Below the pieces are notes generated by a model. It worked only from the letters and a program-made list of their open reading frames with translations, made no database searches and was not told the DNA's origin. Shown in pieces: positions 46,165-57,772 of a DNA stretch of 64,000 nt (positions are counted from its first letter, which is position 1; each line of letters opens with the position of its first letter). Source of the DNA: Magallana gigas. Taxonomy: Eukaryota. The stretch covers positions 47,864,001 through 47,928,000 of the forward strand of contig NC_088857.1 in assembly GCF_963853765.1 (NCBI RefSeq), given 5' to 3'. Position numbers and translations under genes: made by a program.

Positions 46165-48759
46165 ATGGCACATTGCATTCAGTATTTTATTATCTTTTTC
46201 TGCTTTGATGAGTTCGCGCGAGGAAGATCTTGTTGCAATGAACAGAAATGTGTTTGTGCTCAATTAGAACACTTTAAAGAACTTTATCACATGGACTGTT
46301 CCAATAGAGGATTGACTGAGATACCAATTCCTTCCAAAGACACCGAAGTTTATAGCATTGATTTATCACGAAACGAGTTACGAAACGTTACAATAACTAA
46401 TCATTTTTCTAGAACTTTGAAACAATTAAATTTATCTCACAATGAACTAAGCATCCTTTCGAATAACAGTTTTAACTGGATTCCATACCTTGAAGTTTTA
46501 GATTTGTCCTATAATATTCTCAGATTGTCCAACACAAGTCTTCCCAATCTGGTATTCCAATACCTGAGTAACCTAAAGGTCCTGAACTTGTCTCACAATG
46601 ACGTCATCGGTACAGACCATTACAATGCAGAAATATTTCGTCATACTGAATCTTTGGAGACGCTAGTCATTGACGGCTTGCGAAATGGCAACTTCGACTT
46701 TAAAACAAAAAATAAAAGGTGCGCTCCATCATATGTAACAAACCATGACACAATAGAATTAACCAAACTTACAACACTGATAGTGTCCGGACGAAGAAAT
46801 CGCTCCAAGTGCTTAGTTACGGATCTGTCAGCAGGCTTTTTCGACAGTGTATCTAATATCACGTATTTAGACATGTCTGGTTGCGCAATCCAATCAATCG
46901 GCAGAGAAAGCTTGTCGCCTTTATCACATTTAACATACTTGGACGTGTCCTATAATGAACAACTTTCTTTTCATTCCATTCGAAATATTTCAACCCTCAA
47001 AGGTCTAAAGACACTAAAACTGGACAAAATCCATTGCACATTTGGCAGGGGTATATACATAACAGAAGATATGGTACATGCTCTCCGAGATACTTCCATA
47101 GAAAATATTTCCCTTAAAAGCAATAGAATAGAGATGGCTGCACGCAGTGTGTATTACTATTTACCTCCAAATTTGACAAATGCAGATATCTCCGACAATA
47201 GATTGACTTTTGGAGCATATGTTCTTACGGCTTATGCTTTCAGGAATCTTAAGTTTGCTAATCTAAGCGGTCAATCATCATCCCATTTTACCGGTAAAAC
47301 TGATGATTTTATGATCTGTAAACACGCGACGGTGTGCTCTTCATTAAGTACGCAGCATACTCACCCGGTCCTTAATCGGGAAATTTCATTGTTTCGTTCG
47401 AAAGAAGGCGTAAAACTCTACCTACCTCCCCATCTAGAAACAATAGACATTTCTAGTTCATCACTGAGTTCGAATATTCATGTACTCTATATTGACCCGA
47501 ATAACAATTTGAAAACAATAAATTTTAGCCATAACTTTTTTCAACATCTCGGGGGACCAGTCTATGGACTACAAAAAATTGAAACATGCGATTTTTCAAA
47601 TAACTTTATTTCTTATCTATCGCCAGATTTCTTTATATATTGTACCACGTTAAAATATATTAATTTCAAAGGTAACTTGTTAGGGAATTCGATGAGCAAA
47701 TCAAACGCGACTTATTTTGTACATCTCAGAAATTTGACATTTTTGGACCTTTCATCAAATGTTATTCGCTTTGTTTCCCCTGACATTTTTGAAGGTTTGG
47801 AATCTCTGAAAACACTGAATCTTAGTTTCAATTTACTTAGAAATTTTTCATTTAGAACGCACCAGATGCCTTTTTTAAGAACACTAGATCTTTCGTTTAA
47901 TGAACTTTTGCCATTTTCCGATTTTACAATTAAGTTCCTAGAATCAAGACAACGTTTGCAGTCACTGAAAATAATACTGACAGGAAATGTGATTCCATGT
48001 ACTTGCGACTCCCTTGATTTTTTTAAGTGGATGCTTAGTCACGAAAAAACTGTCGAAGTAGATTATTCATATATTTGTCAAAATATGCATTCTGTAGAAA
48101 ACAGCAACGACTTGGAATTGATCAGAAAGATTCTTATGAAAAAATGTGACGATTACGATGAAATTATTGGGGTTGTGTCTGCACTTTTTGTTGTGTTCTT
48201 TGCGTTTATTGTTAGCGGAATTATTCATCGCTACCGGTGGAAGCTTCGATATATCTATTACATGTCAATATGGAGCACTACCACGTCACACAAATCATAT
48301 GGTAAAGTATACGACTATGACGCTTTTGTTTCTTATGCCGACGAGGAGAATGATTTTGTCATACAGGAAATGACGCCAGAGCTAGAGGAAGTGTCAGACT
48401 TGAGACTGTGTCTCCACGAGCGAGATTTTACACCAGGTATATCAATCGGCGAGAACATAACCAAGGCAATATGTAACAGCAGAAAGGTTTTGTGTGTCGT
48501 AACAGAGAACTTTTTGTGCTCTCAGTGGTGTATGTATGAACTAGAGATGGCCCTCACAGACAACAGGTACTCCAGAGACGATCAATCGGTTTTCCTTATC
48601 ATGTACGGAGGATTGCCGACTGATAGCTGTAAAATTCGTTCATCGATTCGACTTATGTCTTTAGTGAAGGAACACGCCTATCTAGAATATCCTAATGATG
48701 AGAGTAACAGAGCTGAATTCTGGAATTCACTAAGACTAATAGCTGGGAAAAAACCTTAA
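46165..48759 (+). CDS. Toll-like receptor D (864 aa)
   Basis: Intact ORF with LRRNT, LRRs, LRRCT (NVIPCTCDSLDFFKW), TM and TIR. Acceptor ttttag at 46096. Confidence 0.97.
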   Translation: MAHCIQYFIIFFCFDEFARGRSCCNEQKCVCAQLEHFKELYHMDCSNRGLTEIPIPSKDTEVYSIDLSRNELRNVTITNHFSRTLKQLNLSHNELSILSNNSFNWIPYLEVLDLSYNILRLSNTSLPNLVFQYLSNLKVLNLSHNDVIGTDHYNAEIFRHTESLETLVIDGLRNGNFDFKTKNKRCAPSYVTNHDTIELTKLTTLIVSGRRNRSKCLVTDLSAGFFDSVSNITYLDMSGCAIQSIGRESLSPLSHLTYLDVSYNEQLSFHSIRNISTLKGLKTLKLDKIHCTFGRGIYITEDMVHALRDTSIENISLKSNRIEMAARSVYYYLPPNLTNADISDNRLTFGAYVLTAYAFRNLKFANLSGQSSSHFTGKTDDFMICKHATVCSSLSTQHTHPVLNREISLFRSKEGVKLYLPPHLETIDISSSSLSSNIHVLYIDPNNNLKTINFSHNFFQHLGGPVYGLQKIETCDFSNNFISYLSPDFFIYCTTLKYINFKGNLLGNSMSKSNATYFVHLRNLTFLDLSSNVIRFVSPDIFEGLESLKTLNLSFNLLRNFSFRTHQMPFLRTLDLSFNELLPFSDFTIKFLESRQRLQSLKIILTGNVIPCTCDSLDFFKWMLSHEKTVEVDYSYICQNMHSVENSNDLELIRKILMKKCDDYDEIIGVVSALFVVFFAFIVSGIIHRYRWKLRYIYYMSIWSTTTSHKSYGKVYDYDAFVSYADEENDFVIQEMTPELEEVSDLRLCLHERDFTPGISIGENITKAICNSRKVLCVVTENFLCSQWCMYELEMALTDNRYSRDDQSVFLIMYGGLPTDSCKIRSSIRLMSLVKEHAYLEYPNDESNRAEFWNSLRLIAGKKP

Positions 48760-48884
48760 TGATGATATTAAAAACTGGTTTTTATTAAAAATTAATTACT
48801 ATTTAGAATATCAGACTTAATTCGTTAATTAGTTTTATGCAAATTATTGAACATTCTTAAAATTCTATGTTTATGATATCTTGA

Positions 48885-49198
48885 AAATCATTTGGGGGGG
48901 GGGGGGGGCAGCCCCCCTCAAACTTTTTTGCGCAGGAAAGATTTTTTCTTAAATTTACATACAAAAAATTGTATTGTATTGACATTGAATCCCCCCCCCC
49001 TCCCTCTTTTATGGGCCCATGTAAACAAATTGAATCGAATAACCAGTGAAATGGAGGTTATAAAGTTAAAGGTATACTCCCCCCCCCCCCCCCCCCCCCC
49101 GGATTAGGATTTTGGAAAGTCATCTTTTTGTTTGCTTGTCAAATTTTTTTGGATGAGTTTCCCCCCTCACCACTTTCAAAAACGAGGCAACGTGCCTG
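48885..49198 (-). mobile_element. Poly-G/poly-C-containing non-autonomous repeat (AGGCACGTTGCCTCGTTTTTGAAAGTGG end); related copy at 54618-54870
   Basis: Both loci share an AGGCACGT(A/T)GC start followed by long G runs and A/T-rich cores. Confidence 0.5.
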
Positions 49199-50068
49199 TA
49201 TACACAATGTTACTTTTTTATTATAGAGATCTCACGGTTTATTTTTCTTTAGAATTTCTCTATTTACAATTAATGAAGTGATTAAATTGTTCATGTTATG
49301 GTGTTAAAATTCCCACTTCTGATTTGTTGACATGTAGTTCTCTATTGTCCCAGTCCACCTGGCTGAACTTAGGTACCGAATTAGGCTGGGGGTTATCCTG
49401 TGATAGACAGAAATCCCAACCAGATGTGAAAGGATGCCAATAGGTCACATCTACTATGCACCATGAAAACCGCAGAAAACTAGAAAAAATGATTTAATTT
49501 TAACGTCTTCATGTTTACCAATTGAAGCATCTAACTCCATGTCAAAAATGAGGAAGATTAATTTCCGGCTAAATTGAGATTTCAACATTAAGTGGGTAAA
49601 GCTTGTGCCATCAGATAGCTGATGAACGAAAATCGATCATTAAGAAATGAATACAAGAAGATAAAATGCAACTGAAATTTATAAAACCAAGCGGAACGTT
49701 TTTGTTGATGTACATGTATTTAATAAATCTAACACCATTGTTTGGGCTTCACTTCCAGATAAAGCATAATTTTTCCCCAAATGATTAATGCTTTCTTTCT
49801 TGTTACAATTAAAAGGACTTTTGTATACTTGAATATGACTAAAATTTGCAACTATATTGAATAGCATGAGTTAATATGATAATTGTTTGACATAAAAAAA
49901 AACATTTCAGCAGCCCACATATGTTTCTACAAGCCTTTTTTTTTCAAGCATTTGATCATCTTCATTTAAATTTTGTATTTCAGACTAATAACTTAGAGAT
50001 ACTCTGCTAATTAAAATATTTTTCACCCATATCCTTTAATTTTTTGTCATTTAATAAAGTGAGGTATA

Positions 50069-50243
50069 CAGCAAAACTCGGTTATAACGAAGTCACTGGG
50101 ACCTAAGAAATTACTTCGTTATATCCGTATTTCGTTATAACCGTATAAGAAATTCATTAAATTTACATAGCTGGGGATCCAAGATGACTTCGCTATATCC
50201 GTGAATTCGCAATATCCGTGTTCGTACTAAACAAGTTTTACTG
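50069..50243. mobile_element. Tc1/mariner (pogo/Tigger-like) MITE with TA TSD
   Basis: TA|CAGCAAAACTCG ... CAAGTTTTACTG|TA, with internal CGTTATA(A/T)CCG repeats. Confidence 0.75.
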
Positions 50244-51156
50244 TAGTTTCAAAATATATCTTTTGTCATTTTACCACATAAAAGGCGAACAATTTAAAAA
50301 TAATTATTGGTGAAAATCAAATTTACCTGCATTAAAGAGGGTCCCGATTAATATAACACCCAAATATATATATTTTTTTTTTACTAATGTAGATTTTTAA
50401 AAGTATTTATTAATTTATCATTGTATATTTCATCGTTTTTTGTCAAAGTTGATCCTCATAATACATTATTTCAAATCACATTTGACAAGAATGTTGTTGA
50501 AAAGGTGAGTTCTCGGTGATTATGACATATATATATGACATATATATATATTCAAATACAGGTCACAACATCTTTTACAGCCAAAAAAGTAATAATCCCG
50601 AAAATGTTGATAAGAAGCAGATAATGAGACCATTCTAAGCTTACACTTTCTTAAGTTCTGGAATGCGTTTAAGATCGTACCTGCTACGCAGGGCTTCCAC
50701 CGTAGCAGCTTCAATGATGAACGATCCTCTCCGCCACTGAGATATTCGTAGCCTAAATTTTAATTGCTAAATTCAAGATTGGTACATTTGTTTGTTCATT
50801 CAGTAAGTTATATATATTTTCGCTTGAAACTAACAAATTATGTCAATGTAATAAGTGTGTAGTTAAATATTTCCAATTTCAAATCAGAGACATAGCGGCT
50901 AAATTAGCAATCCGTTCAACAGACCTATATATCTACGACTTAGCGGCTATAGGCTAGCTCCTACGATCTTGAACGCAGCCTTGTAGACACAACCACAGCG
51001 TGTACGTAGATCAGCAAATTACTTCCTATAACTTAAAATCATCCATCTCGATCAAACGCAAACATTCAAACATTTTGTTCATGTTTTAAAGAAAAGATGT
51101 ACTCTTCCATTTCGTATGTCTCACTGTAGTTCTGTATCTGAACATCATATAACGTA

Positions 51157-52532
51157 CATTGGCGGATCCAGAGGGGGGGTTCCGGGGGTCGGAACCCCCC
51201 CTTTCTCTGGGACATATGAATTTTTTTGAAAACGTTTAATGCCTAGTTAAAGGCAATTTTTCCCATTTACAATAGAAATACTGTTATTATCTTAAATAAA
51301 TGCTTTTAAAATTGATAATTTAAATAATTTCGTACTGCGTTTCATAATTTTGTTCTTACATGAAAAAAACTAATCGATTTTTTATCGAAATAAAGTACAT
51401 TGTACTCCCCTTCAGCATCTGGTGTTTACTACACTGAGTAAACATGTGGAAAATTAAAGAAAAAAATACATAAAATTAAGCAGTATGGCTAAAAACACAG
51501 ATTTATAATAACATCCACAATGTTTTTTCTACTCTATTTCTTTTTTTTTTAAAAATTGATTATAGTTCATATACAGTTTTGAACTGTCAAGCCATCGAGT
51601 AAAACGACGTTCAAGTACGAGTACACGCATTCGTTTTACTTTAAAACCGATTTCAAATGTATTGTTTAGTTAATTAACTAAAGTAATTATGATAGATGAG
51701 TTTTACTTCGTTTCATACGAAAAATACAAAGAAAATTACATGACCCGCTTATGCGGGTTATGCTATTTTTCTGGAATGCTAGCTACCTTCATACCCACAT
51801 GAAACACAAAAGAAATTTTTTTTTGTTTTGTTTCCAAGAATCCGAAATTCTGTTACAAAAATACCGTGTAAAGGGTTTATATGTAAACCATTATGAAAAT
51901 GCCCAACTTTTCAAAACTTTTCTAAATATGATCGCATATGTACTAGTGCCGGATGATGTAGCGCACCCATTACAGAGGTCACATCAAGTTCCCTGGGACG
52001 ACAATTGCTTTTACCACTGTAATACACACGTACCATTTATTCAGCAGATAAATTATTCCCATTCTTTTGTCATATCCTATCATTTAGACCTTTATTTAAA
52101 AAATCAAAATTGATAAATAGTTCAGAATTAATTTAAAAACATCAGACATAAAATAGATTACCAAAACATCCATTTTTATAATAGTTTGTCGTAATTAGTC
52201 TGAGTTATTTTTTGATTCTTAGTGCAAGTGTTTCTTTTCTATCAAGCATGGGCGCACTTTCTCATTGCTGGAGACTTGTGTTTCTTGAGGTTAGATATTA
52301 TGCAAATCTTCCTTACCTAAACCAAAATGGCAAAACGCTCAATGATGCAGTGCACTCTGCTGTTGAAATAGATGTGAAATAGATAGTGATGAGATAAATG
52401 TTTATTAAATACAGTTGTATCCGCACGGAAAACGTTAAAAAGTCCTTGTTTATTGACAAATGATGAATTTTGCACATATTGGTTTTCATCAAATGGAACC
52501 CCCCCTTTTTCAAATTGCTGGATCCGCCTCTG
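51157..52532. mobile_element. Putative TIR element with CAnnGGCGGATCCAG ends and an ACGTA 5-bp direct repeat
   Basis: Left CATTGGCGGATCCAGAGGGGGGGTTCC; right GGAACCCCCCC...CTGGATCCGCCTCTG. ACGTA at 51152-51156 and 52533-52537. Confidence 0.5.
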
Positions 52533-54510
52533 ACGTATATACATGTATTTATGTTTTCCAGACTGTACATATTATGTTTTAGATTGCTATTATTATCAGA
52601 ATGAAATGATGCGTTTTAAAGTGCTGAATACTGAATAAATTCCAAACGTGGGAAATTTCTCCTCTGTAATTTTCCTGCACACTTCATGATGTCTCTCAGG
52701 TTACAGTGTACATGTACCTCTATTTATCCAACACTTCTTCCGGGTTTGTTTGCGTTATCACCAACTTTATCAAATTAGCACAGTATTCAAATAAAAAATA
52801 CTAAATGTTTTTATTGCTCCTAGTACACTACTTTAAAAAATTATCTCAATCCTTGTTCATAGCATTTCCCTGTATTTTGATACCAATATTTATATAAACT
52901 CCATAGGTCGGTAATTTAAATCTATGATTAGACATTAATCAACAGCTGGAGAGAACCCTCCCTCATATTACATGATGAATCAAGTCAAAAACTTGTTTGT
53001 TGAGTGATCTCTTCAAGAGGGAAGAAATAAAGTCCAGACAAGAGAGGTGATGTTACGAATTATCAAGTCACCGAGTGTTTGTTGGGCTCTTCAAGAAGGA
53101 AGAGAAGATATGGAATGCTGTCAAACAATATCCTGAAAAGTAGTAAAGATATTAAAAACGGTGCAACAACATCATATGAAGCAGACAGCTGGATCTAGTT
53201 AAAGACTGAAGGTGAGAGACAGAAATGGAGAAAAAATCCGTGAAATTTATTTATTTATAAGAATATTAACATTTCTATTGTGTTATACCGTAGATGTTGG
53301 TCTTCACTTTGTCATATCAAGTGGAGAAGGCACTCGGACAAGGTCATGTCAATGCAGAGAACAAACTATTGTTTTACATGAAACAATAATTTTCTAAAAA
53401 GTAATCTAAGATCGCTGTAAAAAATTCATTGTAACCTTGCAATTAAACATTTGAAACATTATTCTGATACCGGTCTCTGAAATGCAACCTAAGTTGATAT
53501 TATTCAGTAATTGTATTATCATATCGTTTGTAAAGAATTAGTAAAATTTGAACAGCTTTTACATCTTGTTGGTAACTGGATAGTACGTAATATACACCAG
53601 AATTAACATCTAAAAAATCATTTAATACTTCATCTACACGTAACCAGATCGGCAAAATATAATCAATAATATAAATGTACAAGAAAAGAAAACAAACCAT
53701 GAAAACTAGAATAGCACGGACTCTGACTCTCCCGCCTGAACATAATAGCTAGGATTAAGGAAGCTGGATGGTAATCATAAACAAATTAACATTCAGACCT
53801 ACCAAAAATTTTAAGATATGATTTGTTTGAGAAACTATAAACCTATAAACTATTACCTAGTAAAGAAAAATCTATATATTTTTACCTTTTAAGTTTTAGT
53901 ATTACTTATATTTTATATACTTAATATAGAGCTCTTTTTCTAAAGGAGATCAATACAGTCTAACAATGGCTACGACCATCGAGCCCTCTAAAAATCAGAG
54001 AGGATTCTCGGATCAGAGTATACTTAAGATAAATGTCAAAAACAATGACACTCCTATTATAAACAACCATTTTAATGTTAAGCTGTTACACATTTACCTC
54101 ATCATATAAAAATATTTTATATCAACATATATTGATCGATTAAGTACACTTAAAGTAATTAAACTAGTTCGTTTAAAGAATATATGTTCTTTCACTTATT
54201 TCTCTCGTCTTTTACACGCATGTGTTCATTTTAAGATTAAAAGAATGTTTTTAAAAAAATAGAAAAACTTTGGCGAACGTAAAAATATAAAATTGGTATT
54301 ACAACTTTTTAATACTACCACCTCTATACAATAAAATACACAAGGGAGGAATCAAAACTCGAAAAAATCGCTACCCCCGATTTCAGTCGCGTCGTATTAA
54401 TTTTTTTTCGGACGTTAAGCCTTGCACTCTAGGTACAAATAGACCGGGGAAGGACCGTAGTTTTTATAAATACCTGCAAAATTTAAACATCGGCAACAAT
54501 GCTAGACGTG

Positions 54511-55049
54511 TTTACGCATTTTCTTCCTGTTTACGCTCCGGTGACACGATCAGCTGTGGCGCTCTCATTGGTCAGTATAATATTGATCAAGATAACTCGT
54601 ACCGGACTCGTATTTTCAGGCACGTAGCAGTAGCATCAGGGGGGGGGGGGCGGGCGGGGGGCCTGTCCCCACTTTTTCTCGCCAAAGCAACATTTTAAAA
54701 TATTTTTAATTTTTTTTTTAAAATTAACATATAAAAAATTAAATTATCATGGAGTTGCCACCCTCCCCACTTTTATGTGAGTATGTAAAAAATTGATGTG
54801 AAAATAAGGAAATTAGGAGTGAAATTGGAGTTAAAAACTACGCTAGAAAATTAAAACATTAAAACATATACTCACCACGTTATAAGAACTTCTTCACTCA
54901 TCATTTGAATATCTTTCGAAAATACGAGTCTGTGTACGAGTTATCTTGATCAACAAAATTAGCCAATGAAAGCGCATGAATAAATTTGGTGGGCGACAGC
55001 TGATCGAAGAAATTGTCATCGGAGCATAAACTGGAGGAACATGCGTAAA
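54511..55049. repeat. Imperfect inverted repeat (arms 54511-54617 and 54918-55049) interrupted by a poly-G repeat
   Basis: GATCAAGATAACTCGTAC..GACTCGTATTTTC and TTTACGCAT..GCTCCG.TGACA occur in both orientations. Confidence 0.75.
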
Positions 55050-55165
55050 AACTTCTAAAATTAAAATATTTATCAATAATTAATTCTATTCTCAGATTGG
55101 TCAACAAAGACATTTCACGGAAAAAGACAAAACTTGGACAGAAATGTATTAAGGATCGAGTGAAA

Positions 55166-57772
55166 ATGGAACATCCAATTCATTGTCTTATAATTTTTCT
55201 ATGCACTAATGCGTGCTTGCTTGGACTATCTTTATACAACGAAGAAACGTGTAGCTGTTTTCCAATGAACAATTTTCGACAGCTTTATCATGTGGACTGT
55301 TCTGGAAAGGGACTGACCAAAATTCCTTCTAGTTTCACCAATATAGCAGTATATAGTATTGATTTATCCCATAACAAATTACAAACGGTTATGATTACCA
55401 AAAACTATACCAGAACTTTAAAAGAATTGAATCTATCTTACAATGAATTAGAAACCCTGTCTGATAGCTCTTTTAAATGGATTCCCTATCTTAAAGTATT
55501 GAATTTGTCAAATAATAATCTACATTTCTCCAAAACCAGTCTTCCAGATCTTGTATTCCAATATCTCAGTAACTTAGAAGTTCTAGACTTGTCTTTTAAT
55601 GGAGTGAAGGGCCCAACTCATTATAATCCAGAAATATTCAAATACACTACATCTCTACGAATTTTAATCATTGACGGCCTGCAAGATGGCAATTTCAGTT
55701 TTACCACTAATGACAAAAGGTTTTCTCCATCACATGATTCACATCATGATACATATATAGAGTTGACTAAGCTGACAAAACTTATAGTGTCTGGACGAAG
55801 AAATCGCACGAAGTGCTCGATCAAAATCCTGTCTGAGGGTTTTTTCAAGAGTGTTTCTCATCTGAAATATTTAGACATGTCTGGTTGTGCAATTCGATCA
55901 GTCGATAAAGAAAGCTTGTCACTATTATTAAATCTACAATATTTAGATTTATCCTATAACGAACTACTTTCTTTTATATTGCTACGAAATATTTCACTAC
56001 CCAAAAGCATGAAAACGCTAAAACTGGATAAAATCCACTGCACGTTTGGAATAGGAACGTATCTTACACATGATATGGTCAAGATATTCCTGAATAGTTC
56101 CATAGAGTTCATTTCTCTTCGCAGCAATAGACTTGAGATGTCCATAGAGAATATATCTTCTTATTTACCCCCAAATCTGACCTATTTAGATCTAGCAGAC
56201 AATAAACTAACATTCGGAAGGTATATTCTTTCCGTGAAAGGTATGAAGAGTCTAAAATTTCTGGACCTGCACGAACAACATTCGACACATTTTACCGGCA
56301 AAGGTAAAGATTTCGTGGAATGTTACAACACCGAGCAGTGTTCTTTAACGCCTCCGGGTCGATTCTACCCAGTGTCAACTGAGGTGTTATCAAAGTATTA
56401 TTCTCAAGGTTACAGATTTTACGCGCCTCCTCTGTTAGAGACTTTGGATTACTCTAGTTCTTATCTTAATTCGGAGATAGGTAAAATTACCTTGGATCCA
56501 AATAACAGTGTGAAAAAAATAAATCTCAGTCATAACTTTTTTCAAAATCTCAGAGGACCAGTATACGGATTCTACAAAATTGAAACCGTTGATTTTTCTC
56601 ATAATTTTATATCTAATTTATCGACAGTTTTCTTTGAAAATGGTACCACCTTGAAATACCTTAACTTCAGCAGTAACTTGTTAGGAAATTGCATGAGCAA
56701 ACCAAACTCGGCTTACTTCAAAAATCTTTATAATTTAATGTCACTGGATCTCTCCTCGAATGTTATCCGCTTTGCAGCTCCTGGCATATTTGACGGCCTT
56801 AAATCATTGGAAATATTAAATCTTAGTTACAATTTACTGAGAGAGTTTTCAATACATTTAAACCAGATGCCTTCATTAACTACCTTAGATCTTTCTTTTA
56901 ATGAACTCTTGCCATTTTCGGATTCTACCATAAAGATCTTTGAATCGAGACAACAGAAACATCAAATGAATGTTATACTGACAGGAAACGAAATTCCATG
57001 CACTTGTGACTCATTAAATTTTCTTCAATGGATGTTACGATGCAGAGAGCAAATTACTATAAATTATTCAGATATTTGTCAGAATATGCATATAGTTATT
57101 AAAAATAGCAGCGACTTAGAAATGATCAGCAAGACGCTAGGAAAGAAGTGCGATGATTACGAAGAAATCATTGGTGTGGTATCTGGACTTTTTGTTGTTT
57201 TCTTTGCGTTTATTATTGGTGGAATTATTCATCGCTACCGGTGGAAACTTCGATATTTCTACTACATGTCAAAATGGAGCACTACCACGTCACACAAATC
57301 CTATGGTAAAGTATATGACTATGACGCTTTTGTTTCATATGCCGATGAGGAGAAGGATTTTGTCATACAGGAAATGACGTCAGAATTAGAGGAAGTGTCA
57401 GACTTGAGATTGTGTCTCCATGAGCGAGATTTTACACCAGGCAAATCAATCGGCGAGAACATAACCAAGGCAATATGTAACAGCAGAAAAGTTTTGTGCG
57501 TCGTAACAGAGAACTTTTTGTGCTCTCAGTGGTGTATGTATGAACTAGAGATGGCCCTCACAGACAACAGGTACTCCAGAGACGATCAATCGGTTTTCCT
57601 CATCATGTACGGAGGATTGCCGACCGATAGCTGTAAAATTCGTTCATCGATCCGACTTATGTCTTTAGTGAAGGAGAACGCCTATCTGGAATATCCTAAT
57701 GATGAGAGCAATAGAGCAGAATTCTGGAATTCACTAAGACTAATAGTGAGAGAAGCCGCTAAAGCTGAGTAA
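55166..57772 (+). CDS. Toll-like receptor E (868 aa from ATG 55166, MEHPIHCLIIFLC...)
   Basis: The ORF track starts at a TTG (55097). The first ATG followed by a signal peptide is at 55166, matching the paralog starts. Acceptor ttctcag at 55096. Confidence 0.95.
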   Translation: MEHPIHCLIIFLCTNACLLGLSLYNEETCSCFPMNNFRQLYHVDCSGKGLTKIPSSFTNIAVYSIDLSHNKLQTVMITKNYTRTLKELNLSYNELETLSDSSFKWIPYLKVLNLSNNNLHFSKTSLPDLVFQYLSNLEVLDLSFNGVKGPTHYNPEIFKYTTSLRILIIDGLQDGNFSFTTNDKRFSPSHDSHHDTYIELTKLTKLIVSGRRNRTKCSIKILSEGFFKSVSHLKYLDMSGCAIRSVDKESLSLLLNLQYLDLSYNELLSFILLRNISLPKSMKTLKLDKIHCTFGIGTYLTHDMVKIFLNSSIEFISLRSNRLEMSIENISSYLPPNLTYLDLADNKLTFGRYILSVKGMKSLKFLDLHEQHSTHFTGKGKDFVECYNTEQCSLTPPGRFYPVSTEVLSKYYSQGYRFYAPPLLETLDYSSSYLNSEIGKITLDPNNSVKKINLSHNFFQNLRGPVYGFYKIETVDFSHNFISNLSTVFFENGTTLKYLNFSSNLLGNCMSKPNSAYFKNLYNLMSLDLSSNVIRFAAPGIFDGLKSLEILNLSYNLLREFSIHLNQMPSLTTLDLSFNELLPFSDSTIKIFESRQQKHQMNVILTGNEIPCTCDSLNFLQWMLRCREQITINYSDICQNMHIVIKNSSDLEMISKTLGKKCDDYEEIIGVVSGLFVVFFAFIIGGIIHRYRWKLRYFYYMSKWSTTTSHKSYGKVYDYDAFVSYADEEKDFVIQEMTSELEEVSDLRLCLHERDFTPGKSIGENITKAICNSRKVLCVVTENFLCSQWCMYELEMALTDNRYSRDDQSVFLIMYGGLPTDSCKIRSSIRLMSLVKENAYLEYPNDESNRAEFWNSLRLIVREAAKAE

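Noticed and set aside
53300-53380. ALGQGHVNAEN resembling the Gypsy 'GKxHxNADALSR' motif
   Set aside because: Match too weak, with no flanking RT/RNase H similarity.
55097-55165. 23-aa N-terminal extension of TLR-E given by the ORF track
   Set aside because: It starts at a TTG immediately after a splice acceptor and would put a basic segment before the signal peptide. The paralogs start at the equivalent of ATG 55166.
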